Shown here one piece after another: positions 57,057 through 64,000 of a DNA stretch of 64,000 bases (position 1 is the stretch's first letter; the number at the start of each line of letters is the position of its first letter). The translations under genes and the position numbers were made by a program. The notes under the pieces were generated by a model. The model searched no databases. It was not told the DNA's origin and saw only the letters and a program-made list of their open reading frames with translations. Location of the stretch: positions 36,851 to 100,850 of the forward strand of contig JBKBNT010000009.1 of assembly GCA_046295155.1 (NCBI GenBank), in the 5' to 3' direction. The stretch comes from Beijerinckiaceae bacterium (GTDB lineage Bacteria; Pseudomonadota; Alphaproteobacteria; Rhizobiales; Beijerinckiaceae).

Positions 57057-57761
57057 TCAGTCGGCGATGAACGCGCGCATCCCGTCCGGATCGACGATGC
57101 GGATGCGACGGTAATTGACGTCAACCATGCCTCTTTCCTGCAATTTGTTCAGAAGGCCGTTGACGGTCGTTCTCCCCAGATTCGCAATTATCGCGAGATC
57201 TTCCTGGCTGTAGTCGATCTCGACCGGCTCGGAATCCGGCTGTCTGCAGCCTGCGAGCCGCAGCATGATGGCGGTGAAGCGTTTCGTGTGATCCCTTCGC
57301 ATCAGGTCTGCGATGATTCCGACGCACATTTCGGTATGCTCAACCGACAACTGGCCCATGTAGCGCCAATGCGCCGGATCTTCGCGGACAATCTCCTGCC
57401 AGGCATGGTTTGGCAGATGGAGCATGGTCGTTTCGCGGGTCGCCTCAAGCCCTATGAGGTGCGGCCGCCCGGTGATTGCCGGCACCTCGCCAAACCAGCT
57501 TCCCGGCTGGAAGAAATACGCGAACACGGGCTCCATTTCAGCAGGCGCAATGGAAACGCGCAGGCCGCCATCTGCGAGTCCAAAGACGCCGCGGGGTTCA
57601 TCGCCGACCATGATGATCGAGGCGCCCTGGGCGTAATGCTTGACCACGGCTTTGGAAAGCACGGCGCGCCGAAAGTGCTCGGGCGTTCCCGACAACCAGC
57701 CCTTACGCGCAAGCAGGTTTCTCGCTTCCTCGGGTCGTGTCACCGAATACCGTCCAATCAT
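57057..57761 (-). CDS. Crp/Fnr-family transcriptional regulator
   Basis: ORF 57057..57761. N-terminal cNMP-binding-like barrel and a C-terminal HTH (SQEDLAIIANLGRTTVNGLLNKLQERG). Confidence 0.8.
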   Translation of the reverse strand: MIGRYSVTRPEEARNLLARKGWLSGTPEHFRRAVLSKAVVKHYAQGASIIMVGDEPRGVFGLADGGLRVSIAPAEMEPVFAYFFQPGSWFGEVPAITGRPHLIGLEATRETTMLHLPNHAWQEIVREDPAHWRYMGQLSVEHTEMCVGIIADLMRRDHTKRFTAIMLRLAGCRQPDSEPVEIDYSQEDLAIIANLGRTTVNGLLNKLQERGMVDVNYRRIRIVDPDGMRAFIAD

Positions 57762-57914
57762 CCGTCCGCGAACAATTTGCGGCGTACGGCCATGCTAATC
57801 AACACAAAACATGTGGACGTGGAGCGCCGTGCGCGCGCTACGCAGTAATGACTCGTCCGCACCGCACGGTCTCGTGCAGGGGCAAGCCGGATTTCTTCGC
57901 TTTCAGGGAGTTAT

Positions 57915-59492
57915 GTGATGGTCTGGAAAAAGGCGATTCTGGCAATGGCGCTTGCGGCGCCGGTCCTCGTGGGCGGCGCCCTCGCGCAGACGTCGCCGCA
58001 GCGGCCCGCGGGTCAACAGACCGCACCCGCCAAGAAACCAAACATTCTGGTTATCTGGGGCGACGACATCGGGCAGTTCAATATCAGCGCCTACAACATG
58101 GGCATGATGGGCTACCGGACTCCAAACATCGACTCCATTGCGCGGGAGGGAGCCCTCTTCACGGACTGGTACGGCCAGCAGTCCTGCACGGCGGGCCGGG
58201 CCGCGTTCATCACGGGCCAGTCGCCGATACGGTCGGGTCTCACCAAGGTCGGATTGCCTGGCGCGCCGGAAGGCATGAAGATCGAAGATCCGACGATTGC
58301 GGGCCTGCTGAAGCCGCTCGGCTACGTGACCGGCCAGTTCGGCAAGAACCATCTTGGCGATCGCGACGAGATGTTGCCGACGAATAACGGCTTCGATGAA
58401 TTCTTCGGCAATCTCTATCACCTGAACGCGGAAGAAGAGCCCGAAAATCCGGATTATCCGAAAGATCCCGCCTTCAAGAAGCAGTTCGGACCGCGCGGCG
58501 TCATTCACAGTTTCGCGGGCGGCAAGATCGAAGACACCGGCCCCCTGACGCGAAAGCGCATGGAAACGATCGATGACGAGGTCACCGAACGTACGCTCGC
58601 CTTCATGGAAAAGGCGGTCAAGGACGACAAGCCGTTCATGATCTGGTGGAACTCTACCCGGATGCACATCTTCACGCACCTCAAGGCGGCGTCCGAGGGC
58701 AAAACGGGGCTGGGTGTTTACGCCGACGGCATGGTCGAACACGACGGCCATGTGGGGCAGTTGCTTGCCAAGCTGAAGCAGCTTGGCGTCGATGAGAATA
58801 CGATCGTCATGTACTCGACCGATAACGGCGCCGAGACGTTCACGTGGCCCGACGGCGGCACGACGATGTTCCGCGGCGAAAAGAACACGCAGTGGGAGGG
58901 CGGCTATCGCGTTCCCGCGGCGATCAAGTGGCCGGGTGTAATCAAGCCTGGAACCGTCATCAACGACATCGCGGCCCATGAGGACATGCTCACCACGTTG
59001 ACCGCAGCCGCCGGCGCGCCAGACATCAAGCAGGAGCTTCTCAAGGGCAAGACGGTCAACGGCCGCAATTACAAGGTGCACCTCGACGGATACAACCTGA
59101 TGCCGGCGCTCAAGGGTGAAAGCCCCTGGCCCCGCCGCGAATTCATTTACTGGACCGACGACGGGTCTGTGGCCGCGCTGCGCTACGGGCCGTGGAAGGT
59201 GACCTTCCTGAAGCAGAACGCCGAAGGGTTGAGGGTATGGCAGACGCCTTTCGAAGAACTGCGCGCGCCCTTGATTACCAATCTGAGAATGGATCCATTC
59301 GAGCGCGCGGAGCATGAGAACGCGATGGGCTATCAGCGCTGGTATCTCGACCGGATGTTCCTGATCGCGCCTGCGGCCGGCTATGTGGCGCAGTGGCTCC
59401 AGAGCTTCAAGGAGTTTCCCCCTCGCCAGAAACCGGGCAGTTTCAACCTCGACCGGGTCATGGAATCCGTCATGCGCGGTTCGCGGCAATAA
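57915..59492 (+). CDS. Secreted arylsulfatase (formylglycine-dependent sulfatase family)
   Basis: ORF 57915..59492 with a signal peptide. PNILVIWGDDIG...QQSCTAGRAAFITGQSP matches the C-x-A-x-R formylglycine motif. Also contains GKNHLGD. Confidence 0.88.
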   Translation: MMVWKKAILAMALAAPVLVGGALAQTSPQRPAGQQTAPAKKPNILVIWGDDIGQFNISAYNMGMMGYRTPNIDSIAREGALFTDWYGQQSCTAGRAAFITGQSPIRSGLTKVGLPGAPEGMKIEDPTIAGLLKPLGYVTGQFGKNHLGDRDEMLPTNNGFDEFFGNLYHLNAEEEPENPDYPKDPAFKKQFGPRGVIHSFAGGKIEDTGPLTRKRMETIDDEVTERTLAFMEKAVKDDKPFMIWWNSTRMHIFTHLKAASEGKTGLGVYADGMVEHDGHVGQLLAKLKQLGVDENTIVMYSTDNGAETFTWPDGGTTMFRGEKNTQWEGGYRVPAAIKWPGVIKPGTVINDIAAHEDMLTTLTAAAGAPDIKQELLKGKTVNGRNYKVHLDGYNLMPALKGESPWPRREFIYWTDDGSVAALRYGPWKVTFLKQNAEGLRVWQTPFEELRAPLITNLRMDPFERAEHENAMGYQRWYLDRMFLIAPAAGYVAQWLQSFKEFPPRQKPGSFNLDRVMESVMRGSRQ

Positions 59493-59526
59493 CCGCGATC
59501 TGTGACGGATTGCGTGGAGAAATGAC

Positions 59527-60504
59527 ATGCTGAGGATCGTCTTTGCTTTCGTCGGGCTTATGGTCGCGACGGTCGCTCGCGCGCAGACCGATCCTCTTCC
59601 CTCATGGAACGATGGCGCTGCACGCAGCGCCATCGTCTCATTTATTGAGGCGGTGACGACGCCGGGTTCGCCGGAATACGTCGCGCCCGCCGAGCGCATC
59701 GCGACCTTCGACAACGATGGCACGCTCTGGCTCGAGCAGCCGGTCTACGTGCAGGCGTTCTTCGTGGGCGACCGCCTTCAGGCGCTGGCGGCGCAGAACC
59801 CTGGTCTGCGTGAAAATCCTGCTTTCGCCCCCGTGATCGAAAAGGGAGTCGCTGGCCTCTCCGGCATCAGCGAGCATGATCTCGCCGCCGCCGTAGCATT
59901 GACGCATAGCGGCATGACGCCGGCGGAGTTTCGAGACATCGTCCGGCAGTGGCTTCAAAGCGCGCGTCATCCGCGATTCCAGCGGCCGTTCACGGAACTC
60001 GTTTACCAGCCGATGATCGAAGTGCTGGCTTACATGCGATCCAACGGCTTCAAGACCTACATCGTCTCTGGCGGCGGGGTCGACTTCATGCGCGTGTTCA
60101 CCGAGGAGATCTACGGCGTGCCGCCGGAGCAGGTGATCGGATCGCGCGGCAGGATGAAGTTCGAGACGCGCGATGGGAAGGCGACGCTCGTGCGGGAGCC
60201 CGCCATCGACTTCATTGACGACAAGGCCGGCAAGGCGATCGCCATCGAGCAGATCATCGGGCGCCGGCCGCTGGCTGCCTTCGGCAATTCGGACGGCGAC
60301 CTCGAGATGCTGCAATGGACCACGCAGAGCGGCGGGCGGCGACTTGGCGTGATCATCCATCACACGGACGCGGAGCGGGAATACGCGTACGACCGCAAGT
60401 CGCCCGTGGGCCGTCTAGACCAGGCGCTGGAGCGGGCGGGGGCGGAAGGGTGGCTCGTGGTCGACATGAAATCCGGCTGGCGCACGGTCTTCAAGCCGAG
60501 GTGA
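59527..60504 (+). CDS. Secreted HAD-superfamily hydrolase
   Basis: ORF 59527..60504. Signal MLRIVFAFVGLMVATVARAQ. Contains ATFDNDGTLW (DxDGT), YIVSGGG and FGNSDGDLEML. Confidence 0.75.
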   Translation: MLRIVFAFVGLMVATVARAQTDPLPSWNDGAARSAIVSFIEAVTTPGSPEYVAPAERIATFDNDGTLWLEQPVYVQAFFVGDRLQALAAQNPGLRENPAFAPVIEKGVAGLSGISEHDLAAAVALTHSGMTPAEFRDIVRQWLQSARHPRFQRPFTELVYQPMIEVLAYMRSNGFKTYIVSGGGVDFMRVFTEEIYGVPPEQVIGSRGRMKFETRDGKATLVREPAIDFIDDKAGKAIAIEQIIGRRPLAAFGNSDGDLEMLQWTTQSGGRRLGVIIHHTDAEREYAYDRKSPVGRLDQALERAGAEGWLVVDMKSGWRTVFKPR

Positions 60505-60628
60505 CGAGCTTGCCCGCCTGTCCGATTTGAACAGTCCGTCTCTTTCCGAATCCGTGAAACTGGCGCAGGTTCGTTTCAAGCTTGGCGTTGATAGTTCAAG
60601 CTAAAGCTCAAGTTTTTAGAGAGGGTGC

Positions 60629-61438
60629 ATGAAAATTCCCGGTTTCGCGCGGACGGCGGTTTGCGCCGGCGCTGTCTCCATCGCCGGTTTTGCGCATGCA
60701 GCGGATCTGCCGGCCGCCGCGCCGGCCCCGTCGCAAGCGCCCGCGTCCGTGTTCACGACGTGGGAATTCAACGTGACGGGGTATGCCTGGCTCTCCGCGG
60801 TCAAGGGAACGCTTGCGACCGTGCCGCCGCTGCCGCCCGTCGATGTGAACATGACGATCCCCGACGTCCTCAAGAACCTTGGCGGCGCTCTAATGGGCAC
60901 ATTCGAGGCCAGATACGGACGCTTCGTCCTGTTTAACGATCTCATGTACACGCGGCTTATCCCCGAGGCGAACCGGACCAAGGGGCCGTTTGCGGTGAGC
61001 GTAAATATCGACAGCTATTCGTTTATCGGCATGTCGGCAGCCGGCTACAGGGTCGTGGAGACGCCGCAGTTCATCTTCGACGTGTTTGCCGGGGCGCGCG
61101 GTTTCTACATGGACAACGCCATCTCCGTGCGGATCGATGCGTTCGGTTACTCGAAGGGCGACCGGTTCGAGGCGACCAAGACCTGGTTCGACGCAGTTGG
61201 CGGCGTGCGCGCGCGCTACGAAGTCGACGACAAGTGGTTCCTGAATCTGATCGCATTCGCCGGGGGCGGCGGCTCCAAGTATCAGTGGGACGTCTATGGC
61301 GGCGCCGGGTACGCTTTCAACAAGAACTGGGGCGCCTTCCTTGGATACCGGGCGTTCAGGGTCAATTACAGGGATGGTGACTTCATCTACGATGTGCTGC
61401 AACATGGGCCATTGCTCGGCGTCCAGTATCGGTGGTGA
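60629..61438 (+). CDS. Outer-membrane beta-barrel protein
   Basis: ORF 60629..61438. Signal peptide ending AHA. Alternating-hydrophobicity strands. The C-terminus LLGVQYRW ends in an aromatic residue. Confidence 0.7.
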   Translation: MKIPGFARTAVCAGAVSIAGFAHAADLPAAAPAPSQAPASVFTTWEFNVTGYAWLSAVKGTLATVPPLPPVDVNMTIPDVLKNLGGALMGTFEARYGRFVLFNDLMYTRLIPEANRTKGPFAVSVNIDSYSFIGMSAAGYRVVETPQFIFDVFAGARGFYMDNAISVRIDAFGYSKGDRFEATKTWFDAVGGVRARYEVDDKWFLNLIAFAGGGGSKYQWDVYGGAGYAFNKNWGAFLGYRAFRVNYRDGDFIYDVLQHGPLLGVQYRW

Positions 61439-61475
61439 GGCGGCCGGCGTTTCATGTGAGTGAGGGGGGCGTTTG

Positions 61476-61952
61476 ATGAAAGTTTCGAAAGTCGTCGCCG
61501 CGTGCATATTAGCTACGGCTCTCGGAGGTTGTTTCGCGACGTCCGACTCCGTGCGGATGCAGGCGCCGGCGCAGTCCGCAGCGCTTCCGTCGCCATATCC
61601 GATTGAGAAAATGGTTGGCCAATGGGGCGTCGCGTCCTATCGCGAGGATAAGGACCGGGCGCGGACGGAAGCGATGGCGCGGTCGCATTGCCGCAATCCG
61701 TATGTCATCGCCAAGGGCCCCACGGATGGCGTGATGATGCATGTCGCGGACGATCCGAAGGTCTACGAACTGACCTTCAAGGGCGCGCCGAACGGGAAGG
61801 TATATCTCGGCTTCAATGCGCCTCCGGGCGATCTGCAGGACCGGGAGGTGATTTCCTTTTCGGACAATCTCGTCATCCTGCGTTTCCTGGATCCTGAAAT
61901 CAACAACCGTTACGGCACGTATGTTTACGTTCGTTGCTCGCAACGCGCGTAG
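61476..61952 (+). CDS. Lipoprotein, function unknown
   Basis: ORF 61473..61952. Lipobox LATALGGC. Confidence 0.65.
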   Translation: MKVSKVVAACILATALGGCFATSDSVRMQAPAQSAALPSPYPIEKMVGQWGVASYREDKDRARTEAMARSHCRNPYVIAKGPTDGVMMHVADDPKVYELTFKGAPNGKVYLGFNAPPGDLQDREVISFSDNLVILRFLDPEINNRYGTYVYVRCSQRA

Positions 61953-61976
61953 ATCGGCATCTTGAGGTAGACTAGA

Positions 61977-62627
61977 ATGATCAGAACTAGCGTCCGCTCA
62001 GGCATGGTGTTCGGCCGCATCGCGGCTCTAGCGGTTTCATGCGGGCTTCTCGTGGCCGCTTCGTCGTCTTCCGTTCTTGCTCAGGCCGCCTCGTCTGCGC
62101 AGATGCGTGAAACGATGAACATTGGCGACGAACCTGGCCGCGTCTCCACGGCCGAAGTCGTGATTACCGATGGACCGTTCAAGCGTCAGCTCGTCTTCTT
62201 CCGCAGCAACGAGCCGCCGGGCACGCTTGTCGTGCACACGAGTGAGCGTTTCCTTTATCTGGTGCTCGGAAACAATCGCGCGTTGCGCTACGGCATCGGC
62301 GTCGGCCGCGAAGGCTTCACGTGGTCAGGGCTCGTGAAGATTTCGCGCAAGGCCGAATGGCCGGACTGGACGCCGCCGCCGGAAATGATCCAGCGCCAGC
62401 CGTATCTGCCGCGCTTCATGGCGGGCGGGCCGGGTAATCCGATGGGCTCGCGCGCCCTTTATCTGGGCTCCACCATTTACCGCATCCACGGGACGAACCA
62501 GCCCGAGACGATCGGCCACGCCGTGTCTTCCGGCTGCTTTCGTCTCACCAACGGCGACGTGATCGATCTCTACGAGCGCGTTCCCGTCGGCACCAAGGTC
62601 GTCATTCGCCACGCTGCGACGCTCTGA
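61977..62627 (+). CDS. L,D-transpeptidase (YkuD domain)
   Basis: ORF 61977..62627. YRIHGTNQPETIGHAVSSGCFRLTNGDV carries the catalytic His/Cys motif. Confidence 0.88.
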   Translation: MIRTSVRSGMVFGRIAALAVSCGLLVAASSSSVLAQAASSAQMRETMNIGDEPGRVSTAEVVITDGPFKRQLVFFRSNEPPGTLVVHTSERFLYLVLGNNRALRYGIGVGREGFTWSGLVKISRKAEWPDWTPPPEMIQRQPYLPRFMAGGPGNPMGSRALYLGSTIYRIHGTNQPETIGHAVSSGCFRLTNGDVIDLYERVPVGTKVVIRHAATL

Positions 62628-62663
62628 GCGGCCGCGCAACATCACGCCAAGGGGATCAAGCGC

Positions 62664-63695
62664 ATGTCCATCACGTTTAGCAGAACGCTGGGGCGTATCG
62701 CCACGGCCGCATTCCTTTTCGCTGGCGCGGCCTGGAGCGCGCAGGCTTCAACGCTCGACGAAGTGCGCAAGCGTGGCTCCGTGAACTGCGGCGTCAGTCA
62801 GGGCCTTACCGGCTTCTCGGAGCGTGACGCCAAGGGCGTCTGGAGCGGCTTCGACGTGGACTATTGCAAGGCGGTGGCCGCGGCTGTCCTTGGCGACCCT
62901 TCCAAGGTCAACTTCGTGCCGTTGTCGGCGGGCGAACGGTTCGAGGCGCTGCGGTCCTCGAAGATCGACCTGCTGTCGCGCAACTCGACGTGGACGCTTG
63001 AGCGCGAAGCTACGCTCGGCCTGCTGTTCGCCGGCATCGTCTATCACGACGGGCAAGGCTTCATGGTTCTGCGCCGCCCGCAGGTCATATCGGCGCTGGA
63101 ACTCGACGGTGTTTCGGTCTGCGTGCAGTCGGGCACGACGAGCCAGGCGAACCTCGGCGACTTCATGCGCGCCAACTCGATGACCTACAAGGAACTCGTG
63201 TTCGCGACGCTTCCAGAAGCCATCAAGGCGCTTGAGGGCGGCCAATGCGACGTGTTCACGGCCGACCAGTCCGCGCTCTTCGCCGAACGCGTGAAGCTGT
63301 CCAATCCCAGCGGCGCGGTCATCCTACCGGACGTGATTTCGAAGGAGCCGCTCGGTCCCGTGGCGCGCGCCGACGACGTCAAGTGGTTCAACATCCTGCG
63401 CTGGGTGAATTACGCCCTCATCAACGCGGAAGAACTGGGGATATCGACGTCGACGATCGCGGAGGCCGCTGCTTCGCAGAAGCCGGCGGTGCGCCGTTTC
63501 GTTGGCGCGCAGGGCAATCTGGGGCAGGCGCTTGGTCTCGATAACGCCTGGGCGTTGCGGGCGGTGCAGGCAGTCGGCAATTACGCTGAAATGTTCGAAC
63601 GCAACATCGGATCGCGCTCGAAGCTCGGGATTCCGCGCGGCCTCAACCAACTCTGGTCCACCGGCGGCATTCTCTACGCGCCGCCGCTGCAATAG
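62664..63695 (+). CDS. aapJ: General L-amino-acid ABC transporter substrate-binding protein (AapJ/BztA-like)
   Basis: ORF 62664..63695 with a signal peptide. LDEVRKRGSVNCGVSQGLTGFS...GFDVDYCKAVAAAVLGD. Confidence 0.85.
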   Translation: MSITFSRTLGRIATAAFLFAGAAWSAQASTLDEVRKRGSVNCGVSQGLTGFSERDAKGVWSGFDVDYCKAVAAAVLGDPSKVNFVPLSAGERFEALRSSKIDLLSRNSTWTLEREATLGLLFAGIVYHDGQGFMVLRRPQVISALELDGVSVCVQSGTTSQANLGDFMRANSMTYKELVFATLPEAIKALEGGQCDVFTADQSALFAERVKLSNPSGAVILPDVISKEPLGPVARADDVKWFNILRWVNYALINAEELGISTSTIAEAAASQKPAVRRFVGAQGNLGQALGLDNAWALRAVQAVGNYAEMFERNIGSRSKLGIPRGLNQLWSTGGILYAPPLQ

Positions 63696-63734
63696 CCGGC
63701 GACAGCGCGCATACACCAACGGCGGGGGCCAAAA

Positions 63735-64000
63735 ATGGTAGCGCAGCGCGGGCAGTTGCTCGGTCGATCAAGCCATTGGATTATCGCTCTTGTTGCAGCC
63801 CTGACGCTCGGGAGCGGCTCCGCCCTCTCCCAGTCGCAGGCGCCGCCGCCGCAGGGCGCAGAGCAATCGGCGGAAGCTGTGTACAGCGCCGCGGAGCTTG
63901 ACAAGCTCGTCGCGCCGGTCGCGCTCTATCCTGACGCCCTTCTGGCGCAGGTGTTTCCTGCTTCCGCCTATCCGATCGACATCGTTCAGGCTCAGCGCTG
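63735..64000 (+). CDS. DUF3300-like secreted protein, 5' part only (runs off the window)
   Basis: My translation from ATG 63735 reads MVAQRGQLLGRSSHWIIALVAALTLGSGSALSQ...ELDKLVAPVALYPDALLAQVFPASAYPIDIVQAQR. The LVAPIALYPD-type block is as I recall for DUF3300. Confidence 0.6.
   Translation, partial: MVAQRGQLLGRSSHWIIALVAALTLGSGSALSQSQAPPPQGAEQSAEAVYSAAELDKLVAPVALYPDALLAQVFPASAYPIDIVQAQR

Noticed and set aside
57903-59723. 606-aa minus-strand ORF
   Set aside because: It is antisense to the arylsulfatase and to the start of the HAD gene. No motifs are present.
1-64000. CRISPR arrays, IS elements/transposases, prophage genes, toxin-antitoxin pairs or known defence systems
   Set aside because: Reading all six frames and the intergenic regions, I saw no regularly spaced repeats, no DDE or serine/tyrosine recombinase-like ORFs and no phage structural genes. 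The only tandem repeat is the in-frame 51-bp duplication in the LysM gene.

Overview
High-GC segment whose gene content resembles an alphaproteobacterial (Hyphomicrobiales/Rhizobiales-like) chromosome; that taxonomic call is an inference. I call about 70 genes.

Layout:
- 1-1.9 kb: a P-type ATPase running off the window edge.
- 2-10.5 kb: an accessory-looking block with two TctC/Bug-type periplasmic solute receptors flanking a UbiD-family decarboxylase, followed by a TauD/TfdA dioxygenase, a tandem-rhodanese sulfurtransferase and an MFS permease.
- 10.5-23.8 kb: a complete thiosulfate-oxidation (Sox) island. It contains soxF, a Tat-signal DsrE-like gene, a cytochrome c, soxDCBZY, divergent soxAX-soxH, soxSRT, and divergent soxV plus a split YeeE/YedE pair.
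- 23.9-29.2 kb: TctC-MFS-TctC, then mntH and tRNA-Val(CAC).
- 29-53.5 kb: core housekeeping genes (gph, rpiA, gor, class II DAHP synthase, dgkA, nadE, gltX, cysS, cimA, an Atm1-like ABC exporter, psd-pssA, infA-maf-yacG).
- 53.7-64 kb: a second accessory-looking stretch with a fifth TctC, an unassigned alpha/beta-hydrolase-like protein, a second hydrolase, a Crp/Fnr regulator, an arylsulfatase, a secreted HAD protein, envelope proteins and aapJ.

I saw no transposase, integrase, CRISPR array, rRNA or recognisable defence system.

Observations most worth a second look:
- Five orphan TctC receptors with no TctA/TctB, two of them directly flanking one of two paralogous 417-aa MFS permeases.
- The TctC-UbiD-TctC-TauD-rhodanese module, whose two TctC genes share a conserved AT-rich 5' leader.
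- A Tat-exported DsrE-like protein embedded in the sox operon.
- A truncated, frameshifted ABC ATPase relic abutting the soxF stop.
- A 12-nt perfect Shine-Dalgarno / 16S-tail-like sequence in the nadE-gltX spacer.

Limits: all family calls come from motif recognition by eye. Start codons in this GC-rich DNA are often uncertain by tens of codons.
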